In this document: piece after piece, positions 8,315-17,940 of the stretch
Layout: each line of letters begins with the position of its first letter
How positions within the stretch are numbered: the stretch's first letter is position 1
DNA from: an uncultured Thermoplasmata archaeon
GTDB lineage: Archaea > Thermoplasmatota > Thermoplasmata > UBA10834
NCBI GenBank assembly: GCA_964568665.1
Contig: CAZMPY010000026.1
Span: forward strand, 62,106-126,105
DNA: 64,000 bases
Direction of reading: 5' to 3'
The notes under the pieces: generated by a model
The model's database searches: none
What the model saw: the letters and a program-made list of their open reading frames with translations, nothing else
What the model was told of the DNA's origin: nothing
Program-made: the position numbers and the translations under genes

Positions 8315-9639
8315 GGGACCAGCCTCGCCCTGTCCCTGGGATAGAGGACCGCTTCCCTGATGTTGGAGAGGTCGAGCATCTTCTGCACGAACCTCTCGAC
8401 GCCGAACCCGAAGCCGCCGTGCGGGGGCATGCCGTACCTGAACCCCTTGAGGTAGAACTCGAACGAGTCGAGCCCGAGGTTGTTCTCCCTCATCTGCTCC
8501 GTGAGGACGTCGTACCTGTGCTCCCTCTGTCCGCCCGACACAATCTCCTGTCCCTTGTAGTCCAGGTCGAAGTACCCGGTGACCTCGGGGTCGCTGTCGG
8601 ACCTCTTGGCGTAGAAAGTGCCTCTCTTAAGGGAGGTCGGGAACTCTGTGATGAAATAAAGCGCACACTTCTTCTCCTTCATCATGACCTCTCCGAGGGC
8701 CTTCTCGCCCTCGGTCCCGAGGTCCTCGCCGTGCGCGACCTTCATGCCCGCGGCGTTGACCATCTCGACCGCATCGGCGTACCTAACGCGGGGGAACGGT
8801 GCAGGGGGCACCTCGAGCTTCACGCCGAGCTTCTCGAGCTCGGCCTTCGCGTGCTCGCGCACGTGTTCCAGGCTTGCGACCACTATCCCCTCGGCCACCG
8901 CCATGACGTCCTCCGAGGACTCTATGAACGCGAGTTCGATATCGAGCGACAAGAACTCCGCGATGTGCCTGACCGTGTCCGAGGCCTCCGCGCGGTACGC
9001 GGGGGCGATCTCGAATATGCGGTCCAGGCCTGTGGCCATCAGGTTCTGCTTGTACAGCTGCGGGCTCTGCGCCAGGTAGGCGCTCCTGTCGAAGTACTTG
9101 ATGGGGAAGAGCGTCGAGCCCCCCTCGGCGCCCGCCGCGACTATCTTGGGCGTGCTGACCTCGACGAACCCCTCGGAGCACAGGTACCTCCTGATGCCCT
9201 CGAGCGTCCGCGCCTTGACCCTGAAGATGGACCGCACATCCTCCTTCCTGAGGTCCATGAACCTGTTGTTCAGCCTGGTGTCCAGGTCCGCGCCGACCTT
9301 GTCCACGACCCCCAGCGGGAGCGGGGTCTCCGCCCTGTTGAGGATGTCGAGCTTGTCGGGCAGGATCTCGAACCCGGCCCTGGCCTCCTTACTCTCCTTG
9401 ACCATGCCCGTGACGAGTACGACCGACTCCCTCGGGATCGACGCCACGAGGTCGAAGAGCTCCAAGCTCTTCTTCTTGAGCGTCGTGACCTGGATGACCC
9501 CCTGTCTGTCCCTGAGCTGGAGGAACGATATGCCTCCCAGGTTCCTCAGGTCCTGGACCCATCCGCCCACGGTGACCTGCTTCCCGAACATCTGCGGTGT
9601 GATCTCATCGGAGTACGTGATATGCTGCCAAGAAGGCAA
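8311..9639 (-). CDS. aspS: Aspartyl-tRNA synthetase (archaeal type)
   Basis: OB-fold anticodon domain, RLNNRFMDLR, AEGG, LAQSPQLYKQ, YRAE, EIVSGGQR, GMPPHGGFGFGVER; TTG start at 9639 after a GGTGGT RBS. Confidence 0.95.
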   Translation of the reverse strand: MPSWQHITYSDEITPQMFGKQVTVGGWVQDLRNLGGISFLQLRDRQGVIQVTTLKKKSLELFDLVASIPRESVVLVTGMVKESKEARAGFEILPDKLDILNRAETPLPLGVVDKVGADLDTRLNNRFMDLRKEDVRSIFRVKARTLEGIRRYLCSEGFVEVSTPKIVAAGAEGGSTLFPIKYFDRSAYLAQSPQLYKQNLMATGLDRIFEIAPAYRAEASDTVRHIAEFLSLDIELAFIESSEDVMAVAEGIVVASLEHVREHAKAELEKLGVKLEVPPAPFPRVRYADAVEMVNAAGMKVAHGEDLGTEGEKALGEVMMKEKKCALYFITEFPTSLKRGTFYAKRSDSDPEVTGYFDLDYKGQEIVSGGQREHRYDVLTEQMRENNLGLDSFEFYLKGFRYGMPPHGGFGFGVERFVQKMLDLSNIREAVLYPRDRARLVP

Positions 9640-9776
9640 GTGTGTACCACCACCCCGCGTAAACCTGTCACAGGTATTTACCTTTTCGTCGCTGACCTGA
9701 CGGATGCCAGAACCGCCGGGCCGTGCCAAGGTTAAAATGCGATAACGGTGTTCGAGTGGCAGAGGGGCAAGGCGGC

Positions 9777-11021
9777 ATGGAGCTCTCGATTCTCGTCTAT
9801 GTGCTGCTCCTGATCGCCTTCGCGAAGGCCCTCGGCGAGGCCGTCTCCCGGCTGAACCAGCCACCGATCGTGGGCGAGCTGCTCGCGGGCATCGTGCTCG
9901 GCCCGTTCGTGCTCGGGAAGATATTCAGCGACCTGCAGAGCATGTACTCCGACGAGTTCCTGTCGAACCTCGCGGACCTGGGCATACTGTTCCTGATGCT
10001 CTATGTCGGGCTCGAGTTCTCGCCGAAGAAGCTCGTGTCGTCCTCGTGGACGGGGGGCGTCATCGCCTTCACGGGCATCTCGCTCCCGATGGTCCTGGGG
10101 TTCTACCTCGGCGTGCTCTATGGCTACGACGGCCGGGCGCTCGTCTTCCTCGCGGTCGCCATGTCGGTCACGGCGCTCCCGGTCACCCTGCGGATACTCA
10201 AGGACCTCGAGGTGCTCGAGACGAAGACGAGCGATGTGATCATCAGCGCCGCCCTGATCACCGACCTCGCGCTGCTGTTCGTCATGGGCGTTCTGCTGGG
10301 CGGGGACCAGGGGAGCATGGGACCAGGGGAGCTGCTGTACCTCGCGGGGAGCTTCATCGGGTTCTTCGTCCTGGCGTTCGTCATAGGCAGGTACGCCGTG
10401 CCCCACATCTACCGGGTGCTCAGGTGGATGCGCACGGGCGAGGCGGCGTTCGCAGTCGCGATCGGCATCGCGATGGCCTTCGCGGTCCTCGCCGAGAGGT
10501 TGGGCCTTCCCGGGTTCGTCGGCGCGTTCATCGCCGGCCTGCTCCTGAGGGAGACTGGCACGGGCCTGAAGGTATGGACGCGGGTGGAGGACATCCTGTC
10601 CGGCATCACCCTCGGCTTCCTCGCACCGGTGTTCTTCGTGCTCATAGGCTTCAGCGTCGACTTCGACGCCGTCAGCCGGCTGCTCCCGCTCCTGGTCGCG
10701 GTCTCCATAGTCGCGATCGTGGGCAAGTTCGTCGGGTCATACGTGCCCGCGCGGCTCGTGCACCTCGGGAAGAACGAGTCGGCTGCGATCAGTTCCATGA
10801 TGATGGGCAAGGGCGCCATGGAGCTGGTCTTCGCGAGGCTCGCCCTCGAGATGGGCATCATAGACACGGACCTCTTCTCCGTCCTCGTGCTCATGGCCTT
10901 CATCTCGACGCTGCTCGCGCCCGTGCTGTTCAAGCTGTTCTTCAACAGGGCCGTCAGGCGCGGCGAGATCGAGGGTCCGTCCGGACGGCGCCCCGACCCG
11001 GACCTGCCGATCGCCCCCTAG
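9777..11021 (+). CDS. Cation:proton antiporter (CPA2/Na_H_Exchanger)
   Basis: QPPIVGELLAGIVLGP, TALPV, ALITD, GAFIAG, FFVLIG, GKFVG; about 12 TM helices. Confidence 0.9.
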   Translation: MELSILVYVLLLIAFAKALGEAVSRLNQPPIVGELLAGIVLGPFVLGKIFSDLQSMYSDEFLSNLADLGILFLMLYVGLEFSPKKLVSSSWTGGVIAFTGISLPMVLGFYLGVLYGYDGRALVFLAVAMSVTALPVTLRILKDLEVLETKTSDVIISAALITDLALLFVMGVLLGGDQGSMGPGELLYLAGSFIGFFVLAFVIGRYAVPHIYRVLRWMRTGEAAFAVAIGIAMAFAVLAERLGLPGFVGAFIAGLLLRETGTGLKVWTRVEDILSGITLGFLAPVFFVLIGFSVDFDAVSRLLPLLVAVSIVAIVGKFVGSYVPARLVHLGKNESAAISSMMMGKGAMELVFARLALEMGIIDTDLFSVLVLMAFISTLLAPVLFKLFFNRAVRRGEIEGPSGRRPDPDLPIAP

Positions 11022-11908
11022 CGGTGTCTCCCCTCGGCGACCGCGACCCCTATTATTATGACGACGCCGCAGACGGCCGTCCAGACGGCGACGGTCTCGC
11101 CCCTCAGGACCCACGCGAAGAACGATGCGAAGAGCGGCATCAGATAGATGAAGAACGCCATGCGCGAGACCTCCTCCTTCTCGAGGGAGTAGAGGTAGAG
11201 CACCGACGAGCCCGCGCCGCACAGCACGCCCAGGGTGAGCAGGACCGCGAGCGAATCGTTGTTGAACAGGTGCATGGAGTCGCTCTCGAAGGGCACGGCG
11301 AGGCTGAGCATGGCCGTGCCGAACACAAGCGCCAGGCCGATTATCAGCAGGGGCGGGTTCCGCTGCAGCATCCTCTTTGCGGAGACCCACGCGAGGCCGT
11401 ACGATATCGCGGAGACGAGTATGAGCAGGTTCGAGACGAAGTCCTCGTCCGCCAGCGACACGCCGCCGGCGGCCACGAGCAGGAGCGTTCCGGTCATGGC
11501 GATTCCGGTCCCGATCGCCTTCCTGGTCGTGAACCCCTCGTGGAGCAGCAGGACGGCGAAGACCAGGGTCATGACCGGGCCGGACGCCTGGATCACGGAC
11601 GCGATGGACGACTCACCGTTCTGCAGGCCCATGTTCTGCGCGATGTTCGGGATCGTAACATAGAGCGCGCCGAGCACCGCGAGCGACCGCCACTCGCGGC
11701 GGACGGTCCCGGCTATCTCCCGGGGCTTGTACTTGACCAGCAGGACGGCCATCATGGCCGAGGATGCGAGAAGGAACCTGAGGAACCCGAGCATCACCGG
11801 CGAGAAGTACTCGAGCCCGTCCTGTATCAGGGGGAACGCGACGCCCCAGAGCGCGACCGCGGAGACTGCGCAGAGCGATGTGTACCAGGATGCCTTGGCG
11901 ATGCCCAT
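11018..11908 (-). CDS. EamA/DMT family transporter
   Basis: Two EamA repeats (LWGVAF, FLRF; YLMPLFA..FAWVLRGE); about ten TM helices. Confidence 0.88.
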   Translation of the reverse strand: MGIAKASWYTSLCAVSAVALWGVAFPLIQDGLEYFSPVMLGFLRFLLASSAMMAVLLVKYKPREIAGTVRREWRSLAVLGALYVTIPNIAQNMGLQNGESSIASVIQASGPVMTLVFAVLLLHEGFTTRKAIGTGIAMTGTLLLVAAGGVSLADEDFVSNLLILVSAISYGLAWVSAKRMLQRNPPLLIIGLALVFGTAMLSLAVPFESDSMHLFNNDSLAVLLTLGVLCGAGSSVLYLYSLEKEEVSRMAFFIYLMPLFASFFAWVLRGETVAVWTAVCGVVIIIGVAVAEGRHR

Positions 11909-11985
11909 CTGTCCAGCGCCATGGCGCACCAGGATTTGAAACCATTGGTCACTGTCGGGCGTCCGGAGAACCACGGCCCGCTGGC

Positions 11986-13392
11986 CTATCCCGTGTGGTT
12001 CTGCTTCTTCCTTCCGAGGAGCTCGAGCCTCCGCCCCTCGTCGTACAGCGCCCGGACGGCCTTGGCCGTCCTCATAGCGGACGGGTAGACCGGGACGTGC
12101 TTCTCCCTGAGGTCCTGAACGACCTCGTCTATCTCCCGGCCTCCGACCCAGCAGGCCACTATGGGCTTCTGGAGGTTCTTCCTCTCCTCGACCAGCTTGA
12201 GCACGGCCCCGACATACTCCCTCGGCCTAGCTATCCCCGCGTGGACGCAGGTCATGATCAGAGCGTCGACATTGGGGTCCGCGAGGACGATGCTGCCGGT
12301 CGCATGGTATCTGTGGAACCTCGCGTCGCCCGTGACGTCCAGGGGGTTCCTCGCCGTCGTGATGGATGGCAGGTGCGGCTTGAGCGCCTCGATCGTCTTC
12401 GGGGACAGGTTCGTGACCTTCAGGCCGACGGACTCGCACCAGTCGGCGATCATGATGCCCGCGCCCCCGCCGTTGGATATGATGCCCACCCTGTTCCCCG
12501 CCGCCGGGGGCTGGTAGGCGAGTGCCCGCGCGTAGTCGAACATCTCGTCGACATCGTAGGCGCGCTGGATGTGGACCTGCTTGAACGCAGAATCGTAGAC
12601 CGCGTCGGACCCGCTGAGCGAGCCCGTGTGCGTCGACGCCGCGGCGGAGCCAGCTGGCGTCCTGCCGGCCTTGATCGCCACGATGGGTTTGCGGCACCTC
12701 CTCGCGGCGTCGAGGAACTTCTTGCCGTCCCTGATGCCCTCGATGTACATCGCGATGACCTTGGTCGCCTTGTCCTGGTCGAGGTACTCGATGAGGTCTG
12801 CGTCGTCTATGTCGGCCTTGTTGCCGACGCTGATGACCCTGGAAAGGCCGATGTGCTCTCCGTTGGCATAGTACACCATGCCGACGCAGAGCGCGCCGCT
12901 CTGGCTGATGAGGGCGATGTGCCCGGGCTGGGGCATGCCGAAGACGAACGCCGCGTCGAGCTTGTCGACCGGGTCCTTGTACCCCAGGGTGTTGGGGCCG
13001 ACGATTCTCACGCCTCCCCTGCGGGCTATCTCCAGGACCTCGTTCTCGAGCTGCCTGCCGCGCTCCCCCGTCTCGCTGAACCCGGCGGAGATGATAATCG
13101 CGCCCTTGACGCGCTTCTTCGCGCACTCGGTCATGATCTTCGGGACGAACTCGGCGGGGACCGCGATTATGGCGAGGTCGATGTCCTCCTTGACCGCGAG
13201 CACGCTCGGCAGGCATCGGAGGCCCATGATCTCGGGCACCTCGGGGTTGATGGGGATGACCCTGCCCTGGTACCCGTGGACGAGGATGTTCTGGAGTATC
13301 TCGTAACCAATCTTCATCGGGCTCCTCGAGGCGCCCACGACCGCAATCGACTTCGGAGAGAATATCGGTCTAAGGTCCTCGACGACACCCAT
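11986..13392 (-). CDS. acdA: ADP-forming acetate/acyl-CoA synthetase alpha subunit
   Basis: PKSIAVVGAS, GPNTLG, SQSGA, GNKAD, phospho-His motif STHTGSL, NGGGAG, NPLDVTGDA. Confidence 0.92.
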   Translation of the reverse strand: MGVVEDLRPIFSPKSIAVVGASRSPMKIGYEILQNILVHGYQGRVIPINPEVPEIMGLRCLPSVLAVKEDIDLAIIAVPAEFVPKIMTECAKKRVKGAIIISAGFSETGERGRQLENEVLEIARRGGVRIVGPNTLGYKDPVDKLDAAFVFGMPQPGHIALISQSGALCVGMVYYANGEHIGLSRVISVGNKADIDDADLIEYLDQDKATKVIAMYIEGIRDGKKFLDAARRCRKPIVAIKAGRTPAGSAAASTHTGSLSGSDAVYDSAFKQVHIQRAYDVDEMFDYARALAYQPPAAGNRVGIISNGGGAGIMIADWCESVGLKVTNLSPKTIEALKPHLPSITTARNPLDVTGDARFHRYHATGSIVLADPNVDALIMTCVHAGIARPREYVGAVLKLVEERKNLQKPIVACWVGGREIDEVVQDLREKHVPVYPSAMRTAKAVRALYDEGRRLELLGRKKQNHTG

Positions 13393-13462
13393 CGGTCACT
13401 CACTCGCGGACCGAAAAAAGGGCTAGCCGCGTTTAAGTCTTTCTGCCTCACACCCTTCCCTG

Positions 13463-14518
13463 TCAGAGCATGTTGCCGTACCAGGACAGGACCAGCAGGG
13501 CGATCGCAGTGATCCAATGGTCCCTGTAGGGGTCCGGCCTCGCGGACTGGCTCCAGAAACCGTCCTTGGAGCGCTGGCTCATCAGCCAGCGGACCGGCTT
13601 GTCCAGACGCGGGTCGTCCGGGCCGTAGTTCAGCCCCTGGAGCAGGTCGAGCGCGCATATGCCGCTCCCGAAGTATGTGGGATACTTCAGCCTGGTCCAG
13701 TTCGTCTCCGACTGATAGAACGCGGGGTGGTAGTTCCTCTTGAAGAACCTGTCCAGGAAGAAATCCGCGCCGCGCCTGACCTCCCGACTCAGCCTCATGT
13801 CCGTCTGGTACATGCCCCGCACGACCATCATCGTGGTCCATATGCAGCTCGGTGTCTCTGGATATTGCTTCGGGTCGTAGTCCTTCCAGTCCATCTCCCT
13901 GACGAGCTCCAGGAAATCGGGCATCTTCATGTTCCTGTGCTCGGGCAGGTACCTGACATCCTCCACGTACGGGATGACCCAGCCCCCGTCCGGCCGCTGC
14001 ATCCGCAGCAGCCAGTCGACGAGCCTCCTGACGCGCGGGTCCTTGGCGAGACCGAACACGCAGACGTTCCTCAGGGCGGAGCCGTTGTATTGCGGCATCG
14101 GGAACCCGTCCGCGGTGGGCCCCGGGATGTACCCTTCGGGGGTCTGCCAGCTCAGGAGCTTCTCAATCGCGGTCCTGATTCGCCCCTCGTCGATGGGCGT
14201 GAAGTACTCGCTCAGCTCCTGCAGGTTCCTGAGCATCGTGACCATGGTCCATCCGACGGGCGGGCCCGGGCCCGCGTCCTCGGCCAGCTTCCTCTGGTGC
14301 GGGATCGGCCATGTGCCGTCTGCGCGGAGCGTGTGGAGCAGCCTGACCCTGGGCGGGTATGTCTCCAGCTCCTTGAACGTCTGCTGGACGACCCTGTCCT
14401 CCCCGCCCTTGAGCTTGACCTCGGTGAGTAGATAGTATCTCACGGCCGGCGAGGCGACCTGGTAGAGCTTGTGGTAGGACTGCTCCACCATCTTCTCGAT
14501 CTCCTGCTTGAGCAACAT
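13463..14518 (-). CDS. Hypothetical alpha/alpha-toroid protein with prenyltransferase/squalene-cyclase-like QW repeats
   Basis: Repeats LLSWQTPEG, WLLRMQRPDGGW, WLMSQRSKDGFW; no DxDD motif seen. Confidence 0.6.
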   Translation of the reverse strand: MLLKQEIEKMVEQSYHKLYQVASPAVRYYLLTEVKLKGGEDRVVQQTFKELETYPPRVRLLHTLRADGTWPIPHQRKLAEDAGPGPPVGWTMVTMLRNLQELSEYFTPIDEGRIRTAIEKLLSWQTPEGYIPGPTADGFPMPQYNGSALRNVCVFGLAKDPRVRRLVDWLLRMQRPDGGWVIPYVEDVRYLPEHRNMKMPDFLELVREMDWKDYDPKQYPETPSCIWTTMMVVRGMYQTDMRLSREVRRGADFFLDRFFKRNYHPAFYQSETNWTRLKYPTYFGSGICALDLLQGLNYGPDDPRLDKPVRWLMSQRSKDGFWSQSARPDPYRDHWITAIALLVLSWYGNML

Positions 14519-14567
14519 GGGTCACCTCCTTGCTGTCAGGCCATCCCGCGCCGCATCTGGCGTCCGC

Positions 14568-16547
14568 CTACGGCCTCTTCGCCTTCTGGAACCTGACGGA
14601 GAACACGGTCCCCTGCGTGTGGTCCCCTTTCACCCGGTCCTCCACGGTCACCTCCCCACCGTACATCTCGGTGAGCGTGCGGACGAGGACCAGCCCGAGC
14701 CCCATGCCCTTGAGCTCGCTCAAAGTCTCGAGCCGCCCGAACCGCGTGAACAGCTTATCCTTCTTCTCGGGCGGGATCCCGTTCCCCCTGTCGGTCACGG
14801 AGACCTTCCAGGCGGGCCGGCCCCGCAGCGCCGCCTCGACGACCTCGACCGTCACCGGTCTCCCCGTGCCGTACTTGACCGCATTCGAGGCTAGGTTATA
14901 GAATATATCGCCCGCGAACTCCCCGAGATCTGCGAAGTGCACGCCCTTCTCGTACTTCCTCTCGACCAGTCCGCCTCTGTAATTCTGCTCGGCCTCCACA
15001 TCGTGCACCGCCTCGTCGAGCACGGACGCCAGGTCCTGGCGGCTCATGTCCTCTCCGCCCTTCGACTGCGCCTTGACCGCCCTCGAGACCCGGCCGATGA
15101 GCCGGTCGATCTTGACCAGCTGGTCCATGGACGTCTCGGCCAGCTTCCGCTCCTCGTCCTTCACGAGATGCTCTGAGGCCAGCTCGACATAGGCCCTCGC
15201 AGTGCCTGCATAGCCCCCGATGTCGTGGACCAGGAGGTCGTTGAACAGCTCCAACATCCTCCTGGTGTCGTCCAGCTTCTTCCGCGACCTCTCGAGCTCG
15301 GTGATGTCGAACGCGACCTCGAGCCGCGCGAGCCTCCCGTCGGGCCACCTTATGGCCCGGTCGTTGCACTGGTAGGTCCGACCGTTGACGGTGTTCTGGA
15401 ACTGCCATGAATAGGGGCCCGTCGGCACCCCGTCCTTCACGAGGTACTTGTTCGTGCACCATGGGCACGGCCCGGACATGCCTTTCTGGAGGACCTCGTA
15501 GCACTTCCTCCCCACGAGGTTCTTCCCGAAGCCGTCCTCGGTCGTCCGGTTGACGGCTAGCACCTCGTAGGTGTCCATGTCCGCCACGTAGACGATCGCC
15601 CCGAGGTCGTTCAGGATGGCGAGCATCTCCTTCTGCTCAGCACCCAGCCGCTCGTTCCTCTCCTTCGCCTCGGAGGACAGCCTTGCGTTCTCCCAAGCCA
15701 AGGACAGCTGCGTCGCGAGCGCCTGGACCATGCTCAGCTCGTGGGGGGTGACGACCCGTTCCGAGGCCGAGCCGAGCACGAGCGCCCCGATCACCTTCCC
15801 TCTGGTCATCATCGGGACTCCTGTCACGCTCCTCAGGACCCGGAACCTCGGCCGGATCCCGCCGCCCGCTTCGTCATCGGCGTTCATGATGGCCATCTCA
15901 CCGGTGACAATGACCTTCGTGCCGACCCTCTTCATGGACGAGTGGTCGTAGCCGCTAGCTTTCTCCGGGAACTCTGCCGCGAACCCCCCGCGGTGCCTCA
16001 TCATGATGGCGCCGTGCTCGAAGCCGAGTATCCGGCAGCACTCCCGCAGCGTCCTGTCGAGCATCTCCTTCTCGTCTGGGCTCTGCTGGGCCGCAGTCAG
16101 GGCGATGATGGTCGCCGCCGAGAAATCCTTCTCCTTCGCGTCGGAGAACACGTCCCCGAGGCTGGTGATCGCCCAGCTCATGATCCCGAGGAGCTTCATC
16201 ATGGCTGTCCAGCAGCCTTCCGTGGAGTCACTTGCCCCGGACTCGCCCCTGAGCTCCTCCAGTATGACCTCGGTGCCGAGGGTGGCGACCCTCTGGACCT
16301 CTCCGAGCTTGAACCCCTTCAGCGATCTCTGCCGTGTGATCCCGTCTATGAAATCGAAAAGCCTCGAGTAATCCCCTGTGCCCGCGGCCAGGAGGACGCC
16401 CTCCAGCATCTCGTCCGTGCTGTGTCTCAGCTCCTCGACGGGCAGGGACCCGTAGTTCGAGCTGGACCCGTGGATGGCTCCCGCCCATCTCTCGGATATA
16501 CGGTCCCTCTTAGCCGTTATCACGCTCACCAGAAGGTCGTCAGGCAT
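14568..16547 (-). CDS. Cytoplasmic sensor histidine kinase (RsbRD_N-like, GAF, PAS, HisKA, HATPase)
   Basis: H-box LLVHDI, N-box NLASNAVKY, DRGNGIP, GMGLGL; GAF motif VPMMTRGKVIGAL; PAS with GRKCY...CPWC; no TM helix. Confidence 0.9.
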   Translation of the reverse strand: MPDDLLVSVITAKRDRISERWAGAIHGSSSNYGSLPVEELRHSTDEMLEGVLLAAGTGDYSRLFDFIDGITRQRSLKGFKLGEVQRVATLGTEVILEELRGESGASDSTEGCWTAMMKLLGIMSWAITSLGDVFSDAKEKDFSAATIIALTAAQQSPDEKEMLDRTLRECCRILGFEHGAIMMRHRGGFAAEFPEKASGYDHSSMKRVGTKVIVTGEMAIMNADDEAGGGIRPRFRVLRSVTGVPMMTRGKVIGALVLGSASERVVTPHELSMVQALATQLSLAWENARLSSEAKERNERLGAEQKEMLAILNDLGAIVYVADMDTYEVLAVNRTTEDGFGKNLVGRKCYEVLQKGMSGPCPWCTNKYLVKDGVPTGPYSWQFQNTVNGRTYQCNDRAIRWPDGRLARLEVAFDITELERSRKKLDDTRRMLELFNDLLVHDIGGYAGTARAYVELASEHLVKDEERKLAETSMDQLVKIDRLIGRVSRAVKAQSKGGEDMSRQDLASVLDEAVHDVEAEQNYRGGLVERKYEKGVHFADLGEFAGDIFYNLASNAVKYGTGRPVTVEVVEAALRGRPAWKVSVTDRGNGIPPEKKDKLFTRFGRLETLSELKGMGLGLVLVRTLTEMYGGEVTVEDRVKGDHTQGTVFSVRFQKAKRP

Positions 16548-16759
16548 GCCCGCTCCGGTGCGTCCTGGGCCTGTTCGAACACCCACGGCAACGCCGCTGT
16601 GTCCAAATCGTATGTAACATACTTAATGCCTGTCCCCCGCGTATCTGCAAGGGACTCCATGTACTCATGCTGGTGTGCTGCGCGACCGGCTGGCCGGACA
16701 GTGTCGTCCACTAGATACTGTTAATATACGCCTAGCGTCTTATCCGCCGGATTCGTGTA

Positions 16760-16775
16760 TCAAAAGGTCTTTTGA
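16760..16775. promoter_or_regulatory. 7-2-7 palindromic operator between the fbp TATA box and start codon
   Basis: TCAAAAG-GT-CTTTTGA, downstream of TTAATATA (~16721) and 18 nt upstream of the ATG. Confidence 0.6.
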
Positions 16776-16793
16776 CCTCCGGGGGAAGAAAGC

Positions 16794-17930
16794 ATGGCTG
16801 AGAAGATCACGGTATCATTGATCAAGGCCGACGTTGGATCGATTGCAGGTCACTCCAAACCGCACCCGCGGATGATGGAGGTCGCGGCCGAGGCCCTCGG
16901 CAAGGGCGTCAGGGATGGCCTCCTGGTCGATTACTACGTCACCAGGTGCGGGGACGATATACAGCTCCTCATGACCCACAGGAACGGGGAGAACCACAAG
17001 GATGTCCATCAGCTCGCTTGGAACGCCTTCATGACGGCGGCCGGCGAGGCGAAGAAGATGCACCTGTACGCAGCCGGGCAGGACCTCCTCTCGGACGCGT
17101 TCTCGGGCAACGTCAGGGGCCAGGGTCCGGGCGCTGCTGAGATGGAGTTCGAGGAGCGCCCGACGGAGCCGATGCTGGTCTTCATGGCCGACAAGTGCGG
17201 TCCTGCGGCTTACTCGCTCCCGGTCGCCAAGACATTCATGGACCCGTTCACGACCACGGGCCTTGTGATAGACCCGCGAGCACACCTCGGCTACGACATC
17301 GAGATCGTGGACGTCGTGGACCACAAGAAGGTCGTGATGAGCTCCCCCGCGGAGCTGTACGACATCCTCGCGCTGCTGGGCGACACGACGAGATATGCCG
17401 TGAAGCGCGTGCTCCACAGGCAGATCGGCGTGGCGGCGGTCATCTCGACCGAGAAGCTGAACCTCCTCGCAGGCAAGTACGTGGGCAAGGACGACCCGGT
17501 CATGCTGGTCAGATGCCAGTCCGGGCTCCCGGCCGTTGGCGAGGTTCTCCAGCCGTTCGCGTTCCCCCAGCTCGTCGCTGGCTGGATGCGGGGCTCGCAC
17601 TACGGCGCGTGGTACCCCTGCGGGGTCGACCAGTCGGACCCGTCCTACCACGACGGCCCGCCGAGGGTCTGCGCGCTCGGCATCCAGATATGCAACGGAA
17701 GGATCCAGGGTTGCGAGGCACCGGGCTCGAAGCCAGGAGACCACGAGCCGGTGGATTACTTCTCCGGGGCCGAGTGGGATGTCGTCAGGCATAAGGCCAT
17801 GGAGATCTCGATCTACATGCGGGGCCACGGACCGTTCATGCCAGGCATCGTGTCCCCAGAGGAGCTCGAGTACACCACGAGGCCCGAGATACTCAAGAAG
17901 CTCGAGCCGAGGATGAAGCCCCTGGACTGA
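16794..17930 (+). CDS. fbp: Bifunctional fructose-1,6-bisphosphate aldolase/phosphatase (class V FBPase)
   Basis: KADVG, AGH, GDD, AGQDLLSDAFSGNVRG, GKYVGKDDP (Schiff-base Lys and Tyr), GWMRGSH, DGPP, EYT. Confidence 0.95.
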   Translation: MAEKITVSLIKADVGSIAGHSKPHPRMMEVAAEALGKGVRDGLLVDYYVTRCGDDIQLLMTHRNGENHKDVHQLAWNAFMTAAGEAKKMHLYAAGQDLLSDAFSGNVRGQGPGAAEMEFEERPTEPMLVFMADKCGPAAYSLPVAKTFMDPFTTTGLVIDPRAHLGYDIEIVDVVDHKKVVMSSPAELYDILALLGDTTRYAVKRVLHRQIGVAAVISTEKLNLLAGKYVGKDDPVMLVRCQSGLPAVGEVLQPFAFPQLVAGWMRGSHYGAWYPCGVDQSDPSYHDGPPRVCALGIQICNGRIQGCEAPGSKPGDHEPVDYFSGAEWDVVRHKAMEISIYMRGHGPFMPGIVSPEELEYTTRPEILKKLEPRMKPLD

Positions 17931-17940
17931 GGCTGGTCCC

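Noticed and set aside
10046-12088. Long alternative-frame or antisense ORFs (e.g. 10046-12088, 21340-23727, 42313-44370, 4922-6163)
   Set aside because: They are shadow ORFs of well-supported genes in GC-rich DNA, Arg/Gly/Pro-rich and without motifs.
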